DNA from: Microthyrium microscopicum
Taxonomy: Eukaryota
Length of the DNA: 64,000 bases
Reading direction: 5' to 3'
NCBI GenBank assembly: GCA_010405405.1
Contig: MU004242.1
Location: forward strand, 221,751 to 285,750
Below are positions 51,301-64,000 of this stretch, in pieces (positions within the stretch are counted from its first letter, which is position 1; every line of letters begins with the position of its first letter). Both the position numbers and the translations under genes were made by a program. The notes under the pieces were generated by a model. That model saw only the letters and a list, made by a program, of their open reading frames with translations, was not told the origin of the DNA and searched no databases.

Positions 51301-54300
51301 GGAGTAACTCAACTGCCGACTGAGTTGATGGCTGAACCTTTAAGCGGTAAGACTGTCAACTAGAATTTATGGATCAATGCTAACTTAAGCAGAAATGATA
51401 ACACGCATCTTATACCGCCTGCGATTCCTTGGCGAGCGCCCCTTTGATGTAGTCTCCCTAGCGTACATGCTTCCATTGATGCTCTTCGTTCTTGACAGCG
51501 GTGGCTATGCTGGTAAAGACAATGAGGAGAACGATGTTCAGCTCACATTAGCTCTCGAATTTATAGAGTCTCACAACGATCTTTGTAAGTGCTCCTCTCT
51601 AATCCTGGGTTCTACTAACAGAAAATAGTTGCAAACGAGAGATTGCCACGGCGTAAAGTGCTGAAGGCATTAGTCTCGGCTATGCAAAAATATAATCAAC
51701 ACTACAAGCTCATTAAAGACAACCTCCAGGGATTGGTTCATAGCATAGAGCCTACCATATCGTCCAGCGAGACTGATGTCTTACTACAAGCGATTATTGT
51801 TCCAGAGGTTTCGGTTCGTACAGCAGCGTTACAAGCCATTGACAACGACTTGGATCTATCCGACCATGATTACTGCGAGGAGGTGTGGGTTGCGTATCAC
51901 GATATGGTCCCAGAGAATGCAGAGCTTGCGAGAACGATTTGGGACGAGAACGAGATGAAAGCGCCAGACAATAGCGCCCTGGATGTCCTCAAATATCTGG
52001 AATCGCAAGATCGACAACTCCGCGAGGCAACGGCCAGTACAGTCGCAGAAACTGTAGGGAACGCGCCCAAGATGTTCAAGGTGGTCATGGCCAAGTTGGA
52101 GGAGACGTACATCGAAGCTGCGAAACCCCGAGTTCCGGATAAGGATGAATATGGTCTTCCGCGGAAAACAAACCTGGCTGATCCATGGGAGCATCGCAGT
52201 GGTATTGCGCTCACATTGAAAGCTCTGTCGCCACTCTTTGATCCCCAAGAACTGGTATCTTTTGTACGATTCATGATTGATAAAGGTCCACTAGGAGACA
52301 GAAGTGCGACCGTACGTGATGAAATGATTCAGGCTTCCACCGCGATCATTCATTCGGCGGCGTCGAAAAAGGTCGAGGAGCTTATGACCATCTTCGAATC
52401 TGCACTGGAGGCCCCAGGAAAGGGAGCCGCATCAGACGAAGTCAACGAAGCAGTTGTTATTCTTTATGGTGCTCTGGCTCGCCACTTGAAAGCTGGTGAT
52501 AAGCGAGTACCGAAAGTCGTTCAGCGTTTACTGGAAACACTTAGCACTCCATCAGAACAAGTTCAATACGCAGTAGCTCAGTGTCTGCCTCCCCTTGTCA
52601 AAGCATCGCCGGACCAAGCATCGGAATATGTGCAAAAAATGCTCGACACGCTGCTAAACTCGAAGAAGTATGCGGATCAACGAGGTGCGGCTTATGGTCT
52701 GGCTGGTGTTGTTCAAGGACGTGGAATCGCATCTTTACGAGAGTTCCGTATCATGTCAACGCTTGCTGGTGCTGCTGGTGCAAAGAAAGAGTCGAATCAA
52801 CGACAAGGAGCTTTTCTGGCCTACGAACTGTTATCATTTATCCTTGGGCGACTCTTCGAACCATATGTCATTCAAATAGTCCCACAACTTCTAGGCGGCT
52901 TTGGGGATTCCAGTGGAGATGTCAGAGAAGCATGTCTAGACGCCTCCAGAACTTGTTTCCGCAATCTTAGCTCTTTCGGAGTCAAACAAATTCTACCCAC
53001 TCTTCTAGAGGGTCTGGATGAGCAGGCGTGGCGAAGTAAAAAGGGAGCTTGCGATTTACTTGGTGCCATGGCTTACCTTGATCCTCAACAGCTTGCTCAA
53101 CGTCTTCCAGATATTATTCCTCCACTGACAGAAGTACTGAATGACAGTCACAAGGAAGTACGTCTGGCAGCAAATCGATCCCTCCAACGCTTTGGAGAAG
53201 TCATCAGCAATCCTGAGATCAAGAGCATCGTATCAATTCTGCTCAAAGCACTCAGCGACGCAACTAAATATACCGACCAAGCTCTTCAATCTCTCATCAA
53301 CATCCAATTCGCCCATTTCCTAGACTCTCCTTCATTGGCACTTGTTGTCCGCATCCTAGAGCGAGGCCTGGGTGATCGGTCCTCTATCAAAAAGAAAGCT
53401 GCTCAAATCATTGGAAATTTGGCACATCTCACTGAACGAAAAGATCTCATGGCTCATTTGCCTATTTTGGTATCCGGCTTGCGAGTTGCCATGGTTGATC
53501 CAGTTCCTGCAACTCGTGCTACAGCTTCAAAGGCGCTTGGTTCTCTTGTTGAGAAACTTGGAGAAGATGCCTTACCAGACCTGATCCCAAGTCTCATGGC
53601 TACGCTCAAATCCGATACTGGAGCTGGTGACCGACTGGGAAGTGCTCAAGCGCTCTCCGAAGTCCTCGCTGGTCTTGGTACTTCTCGTCTGGAAGAGACA
53701 CTTCCAAGCATATTGCAAAATGTTTCCAGCTCCAAGGCTGCTGTTCGAGAAGGCTTTATGACTCTGTTCATTTTCTTGCCTGCTTGTTTCGGAAACAGCT
53801 TTGCGAATTACTTGGTCAAAATTATTCCCTCTATTCTTGGTGGTCTAGCGGATGAAGTCGAGTCTATTCGTGAGACTGCTCTGCGGGCTGGTCGCTTGCT
53901 GGTAAAAAACTTTGCCACTAGATCGATCGATCTGCTGTTGCCAGAACTGGAACGCGGTCTTGGTGATGTTAATCATCGCATTCGTCTCAGTTCCGTGGAA
54001 TTGATCGGTGATCTGCTATTCAACCTTAGTGGTATTTCTGCTAAACAAGTTGACGATGATGAGGACTTGGCATTTGGTGCTTCCGAGGCTGGACAGTCTT
54101 TGCTCGAGGTCCTTGGAGAAGAGAAGCGAAATCGTGTTCTTTCGGCTCTGTATATCTGCCGTGTGGATACGTCTGGACTGGTGCGAACTGCAGCCATCAA
54201 TGTCTGGAAAGCCCTGGTCGCCACGCCACGAACTCTGCGCGAGATTACACCAACATTGACTCAACTTATCATCCGCCGTCTTGCCAGTACGAGCTTGGAG

Positions 54301-56705
54301 CAGAAAACCATTGCCAGCAATGCGCTTGGCGAACTCATTCGCAAGGCTGGAGAAAATGTGCTGGCCACTCTACTGCCCACACTAGAAGAAGGATTGGAGA
54401 CCACAGATCCAGAAGCTCGCCAAGGTATTTGCATGGCACTGCGTGACGTTATAATAGCTGCCTCACCGGATGCCATGGAGGAGCATGAGAAGCTTCTTTT
54501 CGGCGTCGTCAGAAAAGCATTGGTGAACTCTGATGAGAATGTACGAGATGCTGCTGCACAAGCATTCGATGCTCTTCAACGCAGCATGGGCAAGAAGGCT
54601 GTGGAGCAAGTCTTGCCATATCTTCTCAATCTTATGGGAACAGAAGGGGAGGCAGAAAACGCTCTCTCTGCGCTGCTCACACTCCTGACAGACCATACAC
54701 GATCTAACATTATCCTTCCAAATCTTGTCCCTACTCTTCTTACCACACCCATCTCTTCCTTCAACGCTCAAGCTCTTGCTTCTCTTTCTAGAGTTGCTTC
54801 TGGTGCATTGGATCGCTTCTCCCCAACTATCATCAAAACCATCATTCACAGTGCGGCTGGCGCTCCAGAAAAGGACCGACCAGAGCTTATGGAAGCACTC
54901 GGAGATATTCTCCTGAACACAGATGATGATGATGGCCTTGACACAGTCATGAGAACAATTCTCGACATAGTTCGCGGACCTCACCCACAAGATAGTCTCT
55001 TGGCCCTGGAACAACTAGGTCCTTTCGTGGAACACTATGAAGAAGATCTCACCCGCTTCTATCCCGAACTCATGCGTGTATTTGTGCTTGGTTACGATAC
55101 CTCCAACACCGCCTACCTGGACGCAGCAGTTGCTGCTCAAGTAAGACTCGTCAAGAGATGTAAGAAAGACGACCTGGAGGCTCTAATTGCACCCACTCGT
55201 ATCACGATCCGCCAACTTCCAACAAAGCCGATACCTGGGTTCGAACATAAACTTGGTATCAGCGGTGTGCTGCCAATATTCAATCATGGCCTTATGTATG
55301 GAACTACACACGAACGTGAGAAGTCTGCACTGGCCATGGCAGATATCATAGACCGAACAAGCAACGCGTCTTTGGCGAGATCTGTCACTGGTATTTGTGG
55401 TCCTCTGATTCGTATGTTCGGCGAGAAGTCAGTGGACGCTAGATGTAAGAATCCTCTCCATTCATTCTACACTTGATAATGTTACTAAACTTCATTGTAG
55501 CTGCCATCGTGTATTGCATGTATAGGCTCGTCAAGCGAAATCCTACCGGCCTACGAGCATTCTTCCCTCAGCTTCTGCGCAGCTTTGCTAAGGCCTTGGC
55601 TACTCCTGAAAGCGAGATCGTTCGTCGACGTGCTGCACTTGGTCTTGGAGAACTTATCAAGGTCCATCCTCGTATTGATCCACTGGTCATTGAGCTGGTT
55701 ACCGGCTGCAAGTCTGAGGACGATGCTGGAGTGAGACTTGCTATGCAGCGAGCGCTATACAACGTGGTTGAAAATGCTGGCAAGAATCTTAGCCAAGCTT
55801 CAATCTCTCTGGTTCATGGGTTGGTCCATGAGAATATTGACCGAGATCGTAAGTCAGACTGTTCGAAAATGATGATTTGTGATCTAATTGGTTTAGTGTC
55901 TGGACAGATCGCCAATGCCATGGTTCTTGGAGCTCTTATGGACTATCTTGGAGAAGATCAAGCCAGTACTATGGTCAAGAAACTTGTCATGCCGTCCAGC
56001 ATAACTCATGAGTCGGTACTAAACCTCAACTCCGTTTTGGTCGAAGCCGAAGAGTTCATGATGACCCACTTCTACAAGGACCTCATAGAGCACCTCCGTC
56101 TAGGTCTCTCTAATATGGTAAGTTTTCACCCAACAACCGTTTTGAAATCACTAACAGATCTTTAGGACGAATTCATTGTCCACCACACCATCCTTGCCAC
56201 GGGCAAAGTATTGCTTAGCGAGCATCTCCCCGAAGGCGAGCCAGCTGCCCTCAAACCAATCTTCCAACGTCTAGGCGAACTCATCGACCCATCTTCAGGC
56301 GTCAGCGACCACCGCCGTCTCGCTCTTGTTGTCGTCAAGACTGTCGCGCGATTGCGCAACCCCGTCGTTCATCCACATCTCGGCTTCCTCGTGCCATCTA
56401 CCATGGCTGGTGTGCGCGACATGGTGATCCCCGTCAAGTTGGCGGCTGAAGCGGCGATGGTAGAGATGTTCCGTCTCGTGGAAGAAGAAGCGGCCATGTT
56501 TGATAAGTGGTCCAAGGTGCCGGCAGTGCAGCCGCTGTTGGCAAAGAGTGGGCAAATTAAGCAGTGGGTACCTCGCGTGGGATTGAGACTTGCGGTAGCG
56601 ACGAGAGAGCGGAGAGAGGCAAATGGGCCGGTCGAGGAAGAGGAAGATGAGGAGGAGGTTAATTGCGTCGGTCGTGTAGAGCCTGATGAAGTAGGCGAGG
56701 AGTAA
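48392..56705 (+). CDS. GCN1: Translational activator GCN1 (HEAT repeats)
   Basis: LLRAPEVVL, LSTPSEQVQYAVA, RGAAYGLAG, WRSKKGACDLLGAMAY, LPELERGL and DMVIPVKLAAE; multi-exon ORF chain. Confidence 0.95.
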
Positions 56706-56860
56706 GCCCAACTGTAGAAAAGCGAATCTGTTTATGTATAATTGAAATATTAGCGATCATGAAGACTACTGGTTGTTTGATGTGGTGAATATATGCTGAA
56801 ATAATTCTATTCAAGCGCGCAACATTGGGGTATATTCATTCAGCTCACGAGCTTCTAACA

Positions 56861-59079
56861 TTACACAATCTTTGGCTCATCTTCATCCTTCTCCTTGGCA
56901 TCGGGCGTTTCAATATATAACAATTCTTGGTTGCTCCATAGTTCTGAGTATATGCCTCCTTGGTTAATGAGCTTTTCATGGGTTCCACTTTCCGCTACTT
57001 GCCCCTCTTTGAGGACGATGATCAAGTCGCAATCATAGATTGTCCTTAGGCGATGGGCAATGAACACTGATGTTCGGCCCTTTTCTTTGATAATGCTGTT
57101 AATATTGTGCATGAGTGCTTGTTCGGTGTGTGTATCCAACGCCGATGTCTATAGCAATTAGCTGGGCTCATTATTGCAGCGGGGTTTTACTTACTGCTTC
57201 GTCGAAGAATAATAGAGGCGGATCTTTAAGGATCAGTCTAGAGACCGCAAGTCGCTGTTTTTCGCCACCTGTTCATGTCAGCTGCGGACTCTTACATTGA
57301 AAAGGGATGCTTACCGCTGATCATCATTCCGCGCTCGCCGACCATCGTGTTGTAGCCATCGGGCCAACTATTCACAATCTCATGTACATGCGCCCGCTTG
57401 GCCGCCGACCTAACTTCTTCCTCTGTGGCTTCTAGCCGGCCATATCTAATGTTGTGCTCAATGCTTGCATTGAAGAGTGGAGTGTCCTGGGGTACTACTC
57501 CAATACTCTTGCGCAAGGATTCGAGCTGGACATCTCGGATGTCCTGATCATCGATCAAGATCTTCCCACTATCCACATCATACGATCGGAACAGCAGACG
57601 CAGCAGTGTAGACTTTCCACAACCCGAAGGACCGACGACGGCGACTTTCTTGCCAGCAGGAATCGTTACTGACAAGCCTTTGAGAATCTTCCGATCCGGC
57701 CGATATCCAAAGTGTACGTTCTCGAACCGGATCTCGCCGCCTTTTGGCAGTACCAGTGCTTTGGCCTCCGGCTTATCTTTGATAGTCACGTTGACCTTTT
57801 GTAGGTTGAAAAGAGTCTCCATATCCAGTAGACTTTGACGAAGTTCGCGATATACGCTTCCCAAAAAGTTGAGAGGAACGCTGAGTTGGAAGAGCAGCTG
57901 GTTGACCATAACAAGGTCGCCAACAGTCAAAGTGCCATCGGAAACTCCAGCGCACGCAAGGTACATCATGCCCGTCAAAGCAGATGAGAAAATGAAGTTC
58001 TGGCCGCTGTTGAGGAAAGCCAGAGAAGTCTGGACTTTTATGGACGCTTTTTCATACTGCTGTAGTGCTTGATCGTATTTCTTGATTTCGTATGCCTCGT
58101 TATTAAAATACTTGACTGCCTCATAGTTGATCAGCGAATCGACTGCTACGGTTGCAGCTTTGTTGTCTGCTGCATTTGCCTGTTTCCGGAATTTTGTTCG
58201 CCAGGAAGTGGTTGTGATAGTGAAGACAGTGTAACCGATCATTGTCGTTGCTGTGATAGCAGCAAATGACGAACCGTATTGCCAGGTTAAGATACTGCAG
58301 ACTAGTCCGATTTCGAGTGCTGTTGGAATAACATGGAAAACCATGCTGGTAAGTAGAAAGCTGATTCCTTTTGTGCCTCGATCAATAGCTCTTGTAAGCC
58401 CACCAGTTTGTCTGGAGAGATGGAAGTTCAAATCCAAACGAAGCAAATGGCCATAGACATCGGCAGCCACTTTGCGAATCGCTTTCTGGGCGACTGAAGC
58501 GAATACCGCATTCCGCAGCTCTTGAAATACCCCAGAGCTTATTCTGGTCACACCGTACGCCAGAACTATACTGCCAGCTACAGTCCAAGCTGTCCCTCCC
58601 ACAGCCATAAAGTCAATGTTCATACTATCTACAATAGATTTGAAGTAGAAGGGAATTTGAACATTGAGCAGTTTGGCGCTGACCAGCAAAGCGACTGCAA
58701 GTCCCACACGCATTCGCGTACTCAAGCTGTCTTTTGGCCATAAATACTTGCTCATTTCTTTGATGATAGCCCAATCTGCTTTGCGTTGTTCAGCATTGGT
58801 TCCCACTTTTTCAGCCAGGAAGCCATCTTGCTTCGGGGGCGCCTTAGCCGTCGCTTTTTCCTTTGCTTCCGTAGTCGGTGTGGAAACCTTCTTATCAAAG
58901 GTGAAGCGGTTGTTCACCGTGCTCTTTTGCACATCCCGAAAGATCTGGTGTGTTGTAGAGAACGGTCTGGTGGAAGATGTATTCCGCCATGGTTGGCGCC
59001 TAGTCACTGGCCAAGTATGAGGCTTCTTGAAGTGAAAGCTCCCCAAAAGACGGACTGCGCATGTCCGACTCTGGAGCAT
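56861..59079 (-). CDS. ATM1: Mitochondrial ABC half-transporter ATM1 (ABCB7 orthologue)
   Basis: [27 protein letters not shown], Walker [24 protein letters not shown] and IAHRL; two introns near the 3' end. Confidence 0.95.
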
Positions 59080-59653
59080 TTCGATGATTTACCTCAAGCA
59101 ATCAGCGTACATTTCTCCAGTGACTTTTACATCGAACGTAATGAGATGAAGTTAGCACATCATTTGGATATCAAGGGCTAGGGCAAGAGTGGCTCCAAAA
59201 TAAAGAACGCTAGTTAGCTTCGAGCTAGCGCGACCTCAACTCCTATCCTTAACAACTTCTATCCATAATCCGCCCAGTCCATTACTTGAAAGAAAGACTT
59301 TCCTAGTTTCCAGGTATTAGCTTTCTTAGCGGACAGAGAGTAACTTGCCATCTGCGCATAGTCTACATGCCTCTTTTGAATCACTGGTAAACGACCGCAC
59401 GAATTCTTCTACTGGGTAACATGCTTGGAGCATATCCAACGGAAACTCGTGCAACGATGAGTAAGGATTAGCCAGTATGTTGCGCTTGGAATATCTACTA
59501 CCGCTCAGTCCGCTCTATTAATCGAAAGTGGTAAGTATTCATACAGTAAGAGAGCCTCTATGATCGCCAAATCCTCTATAGACTCAAATTGCACTAAACT
59601 CCGGGTATGAAAACCGGCCTGACAAGACACGACAACTCCACTACGCCAGTTTG

Positions 59654-60914
59654 CTAAACGTCATCACCTGGACCACTGAATCCACAAATATCGGCTTGCT
59701 TGTTGAGTCCTCCGTTGATATTCCAAGGGGAGGATGTTGCACCGCCATAATTCCACCTGTTATTTGGTGCTGACCAGTCTCCTGACGATAAGTTAGACGA
59801 AAAGCGGACACGAGCGAAGTGATCAGTCAGGTCTTACCAATAACTGATCCAGGAACTAAGTCGCTGGCTGTTGGAATATAATACCAGTCATCTGAGCGGT
59901 ATTCTTCGTCGCGCTGAGAAGGAAGATTGTCCTCAGTAAGGAATGAATCATCTTTGTTCGCGAAATGTGGATGTTTGAAGAAGCCAACATAAACTTTTGG
60001 ATGAGCTCTATAGTTGCCATGCGAAGTATCGCGTACGTCTTCACTATGTTCATCGATGTCAGGTTGATCATCTATTACGCCAGCAGGGAGGGATTGAAGC
60101 CAACTTACTCTCCATTCACAGTCTCAACATCGCCCCACCCAAGATGAGCACGTCCTCCGTGTTGAGAAAGAAGTACAGACTACACATCATGACTGGTCAG
60201 CCCTCTAGCTAATGAAGCTGCTACCGTACTTACATTTCGCTGCCAATTATCTTCGTTTTCAGTTGGTGTCCATACTACGGTCACATCTTCCCAATCATGG
60301 CGATGTCCTTCAGACATAGCTCCATCGTGCCTACAATTCTCAGTCAATGTATCACGAACTGTAACTCAAATCTCTTACACATAGTACACAGAGTAAGTGA
60401 TCCGCCACTGATTCAAATCTGAGCAGTATTTGGGTGTAACGTATAACGGAAAAGATCGGCCTTTGGTATACCTGCAATGGATGAGCTTCGATATTGTAAA
60501 GGTTTTATGAAGACGTACGCTCCATTATATGGACCAGGATCGGTACAATCAACACCAGTCCAGATACCGGCAGGTCCAAGATTGCCATCGGTGCCAGGAT
60601 TCTTTTCTGGAGGATTGCTTCCAAGCTTTATAGCCGACTCAGGATAACATGGCGACTACTTCAACATTAGCATAGGACCAGACAGTTTACTTAGGGGAAA
60701 CAATTACATGACCAGTATCTCGAGCAAACAAAAAGATGGGGGCGGCAGCTAGTGCAATACTCATTGGGTCGCTCTTGAAATCAGCATCGCGGTATCCAGT
60801 GAAAGTGTCTCGAGCTATGGTTAGGTTTCCGACCGAGGCAAATGGTATTGCGAGACTCGGGAAGCACTGAGAGAGCAAAACGCACCAGAATAGAAGGGCA
60901 TAGCGAGTAGACAT
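59654..60914 (-). CDS. Secreted NPP1/NLP (necrosis- and ethylene-inducing-like) protein, type-3-like, 7 exons
   Basis: Signal peptide; spliced product has PCYPESA, FPLY, HDGAMSEGHRHDWE (60288..60308), LLSQHGG, HPKVYVGFFKH and YRSDDWY. Confidence 0.85.
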
Positions 60915-61877
60915 TTTGGCAGAGGAATTGATAGTTTCAAGACCTAGAGATATCTTGTATCACTTGTCCAGCAGCACTATTACATTTTATACTCCAAATG
61001 TCTTTCACATCGAGTATGCGGCACTGGACACCCAACGGCGCTTGTGTTGTCTCCAATCATACAGTATCATATAACAACACGACGGTGTGAACAGAAGCAT
61101 AGCGTCTCAGTGTATTGGACAACAAGAGTTACGCCTCTCTGCGGCGTTGAGCATTGTGCCTGATGCCAGCCATATTTGGGAAGCAGGCGAGAAACCCGCT
61201 TGAGGTTTTGTAATCAGGTCAAGTTGGTCTTTGTACAATCGGCCTCATGAATGTTGGCAATGAGAGGAGCGTAGGCGGTGATAATAGAGAGAACAAGTGT
61301 TGACTCCCAATCGCAAGCCAACTACCGGATTCCAACTTAGGTAGAGACGGCCAAGCTACATTATAGCAATTTTTCAAGTCTTTAAATAGAATCTACCAAG
61401 GGATAAATTAGAAATACATCGTGTCAGGAATCTAAAACATTCTCTATAAGGCTGACTTGAGTTGGGCCCAAGTGGACTTGCTGCGCCTCATTGTCTCGAG
61501 CTTGCGCTTAGTTTGGGATAGTTTGGACATTGTTGCAAAGAAGATTGTCTGGTTATATGAGCCTGTGCGAAAGGTGCATATGAAACAGGCGCTTACAGAT
61601 GCGGCGAGGACCATAAACTGACAGCTTTTCAGTATGTCTGCCAAGGGAGGCTATGTGCCCCTGATTGTTGGTAAATGCAACCAACTTCATTGCAGGGTTG
61701 ATAAGTTCACAACCATTGTTATAAGTGCTTCCAACCTTCCTCCTACTTCACAAATGAGCCTTCACTTAATACGCCTCCCTAAGTCGGCGAGTTTTCTTCC
61801 AACACAACCAAAAGTGCCATCCTCTATTTTATTGTTCAACCTGTTACATGAAATCAACAATGATTCTCTCCAAATGG

Positions 61878-62479
61878 ATGACTCTTCGATTCTGGCTGAT
61901 CATTAGCCTCGGACTGGTCCTTTTGTTGGACGTGGTGGCTCTGATATGCACATCAATTTGGGCTGCTGGACGCCGGATCAGCAAAGATGAGGATTTCTAT
62001 CGAGAGAAGCCAACAAACTCGTACGTACATGCTACAAAGTTCAAATTTTGCAAAACCAAAAGACTAATACGTCTTACAGACAGCTGGCTTTCTACGGATT
62101 CACTGCTCCACTGATCACTTTATTTCTGATCCCAGTCCAACTCTTCTTAACGGCCAAGAATCGATTGTCTACAAGGACCACTCTTTGCACATCAGTCGTG
62201 CTTCTGTGTGGATGGATTGCTCAAATCAGCTTCTGGTTCTTTTGTGAGATTTCGGCGCAGTCAATCTTGGAATGGACCCCTTTGTGGTGCCCAAATGTAT
62301 CAAGGGATCCTGCAGTTGGCCAAGCAAAAGCATATCTTGGTCTTTTTATTGCGATCGGGTTTTGTATCGCAATGTCCGTATCCGCCGCCGCGGTTCATAG
62401 GAAACAGCGCTTTTGGGTCAAGAAATCGCCAATGGATGGTATCGACAAGCATGAGCTTATATCTTCCTCCAACTCCTAA
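61878..62479 (+). CDS. Small membrane protein with about four TM segments
   Basis: Hydrophobic segments in ORFs 61848..62114 and 62048..62479 joined by intron 62021..62079 (GTACGT..CTAAT..TACAG). Confidence 0.65.
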
Positions 62480-63161
62480 ATCTATCACAACAAAGAAGGA
62501 AGTGATGGTTGAACTGTTCAGCGATGGAAAACAATTCATGAAGCAGGTGAAAGACATGAATGGGCACGGAGAAGGAAACGAGTTTGACTGTCCCGGAGGT
62601 TAGAAGTCTTCACAGAAGACATTTGGGTACCCAACAGAGTTTTCTTCCTCGCTAGACTAATTAGATACAGTTGATCACTGCGAAATACACATCCTATTTT
62701 AATTGAGACAGTTCTTACTACTAGCAAGCAACGCAGCCATTTCATCCTTCTTTTATATGTGAAATTTTACCTGCTCCTGCTCCACATAAACTGAGAATAA
62801 TTGATAGATCAGACATGGCATGTGCTCCCCGATTCGGCACGACACTGGCTAGGGGGCCATCGAGAAAATGATCAAATCGCCTTGGAATCAGGTAGTATTC
62901 GGGGACAGGTCGAAAGGTACAACAAGGCTGATATTACGCGGGCCGAGCCGTCTGGATAAATCTGAGCCAATCGAATTGAGTGTCTTTTTGGATTGAACCA
63001 ATTATATTCCTCGAAATCCAGCAGACACCTTTCGTTGGTTATCATTTGAATTCGGTGCTGTACAGTATCTGCTCCATAGCAATTGCTATCCTGTACCACG
63101 ATATTGCTCGATGATGGCTAGCGCATAAACAGATAGTTGAAATTTCGAATCGCTTCCCAGA

Positions 63162-64000
63162 TCAAGCTAAACGATGTAACACTTCTCGTCCGTCAAGATA
63201 GCGTTCCACATTCTCCGCAGTCTCGCCATACCAAGCATTCATTAGTCCTTCATCAACATATCCTGGACGAAAGTTAGTCAAGCGTCAAGCATTGAACGAT
63301 TTTGAAAGGTATAACGTACCCATATGCGGAGTGGTAACCAGCCTCGACCGACCATCCGCTCCCCAATACCCAGCCCGTCTCCACGGACTCTCCAATGGCA
63401 AAGGCTCTGTCTCAAAAACATCAATAGCCGCTCCTCTGATCCTCCCATTCTCCAGTGCTTCTACCAACGACATTTGATCAATCAATGGACCTCGTGAGGT
63501 ATTCACCAAGAGTGCTGACTTCTTCATCAACGCCAACTCAGGAGCTGCTATAATTCCTCTTGAACGCTCACTGAGCACATAATGCATGCTAATCACATCC
63601 GAGCTCTTCAACAACTCCTCTTTACTAACTGCTTGGAACACCCGCTGGCCGTCCTCCTCCACGGGAAGACCAATATTTCGCGCCATCTGGTCCGCCTTAT
63701 CCTGCGTAAGGTTCGCACTCCAGCAGACGATACGCATACCAAAAGCCAGATAGCCTATCTTCGCGACTGCAGCACCAAGTCTTCCTAGACCAACGACGCC
63801 CAGTGTCTTGCCAGTGAGCCCAATAGCCGGGCCAGTTTGCCATCCGCTCGTCGACTTAAGTGCTGCGTCGTCCGCTGCAATGTTTCGAGCCAGAGAGAGG
63901 ATGAGAGCCCATGTATGCTGGGTCGTAGGGTGACTACCTCCTTTCTTGATATTGGTACCTCGTTTCTGGGCTGGCCCAGCGTCTGTACGACCTAGACCCG
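63162..64000 (-). CDS. D-isomer-specific 2-hydroxyacid dehydrogenase, 5' end outside window
   Basis: GKTLGVVGLGRLG, MKKSALLVNTSRGPLID, AIDVFETEPLP, TTPHMG(intron)YVDE. Confidence 0.92.

Noticed and set aside
63030..63164. Open frame beyond the 2-hydroxyacid dehydrogenase stop (possible readthrough PTS1)
   Set aside because: Context is TGA TCT rather than the leaky TGA CTA, and the extension ends EFK, which is not a PTS1

Overview
Gene-dense, intron-containing DNA from a filamentous ascomycete (Pezizomycotina; short ~50-nt GT-AG introns, RIP signature; class not determinable from this window). About 25 protein genes are present. Recognisable housekeeping genes are a TPT-family transporter, a TBC Rab-GAP, a SAS2-like MYST acetyltransferase, MTF2-like, CMR1, arginase, a CLC channel, dCMP deaminase, UBC4, GCN1 and ATM1. 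Secreted proteins are an AA9 LPMO, a 7-exon NPP1/NLP protein and a small Cys-free protein. There is also a ~2.9-kb RIP-destroyed piggyBac-like transposon with intact termini, and several pseudogenes. The most notable observations are: (1) a dienelactone hydrolase whose stop codon overlaps a 5' splice site, so splicing would add a PTS1-like AQL tail; (2) UBC4 followed in frame, after a single TAG, by 94 open codons ending in an acidic tail; (3) a back-to-back deletion junction fusing the 3' remnants of an MFS transporter and an FMO next to an apparently intact Zn2Cys6 regulator; (4) a CLC with altered selectivity-filter motifs. All calls come from manual translation and motif recognition; no database searches were run.
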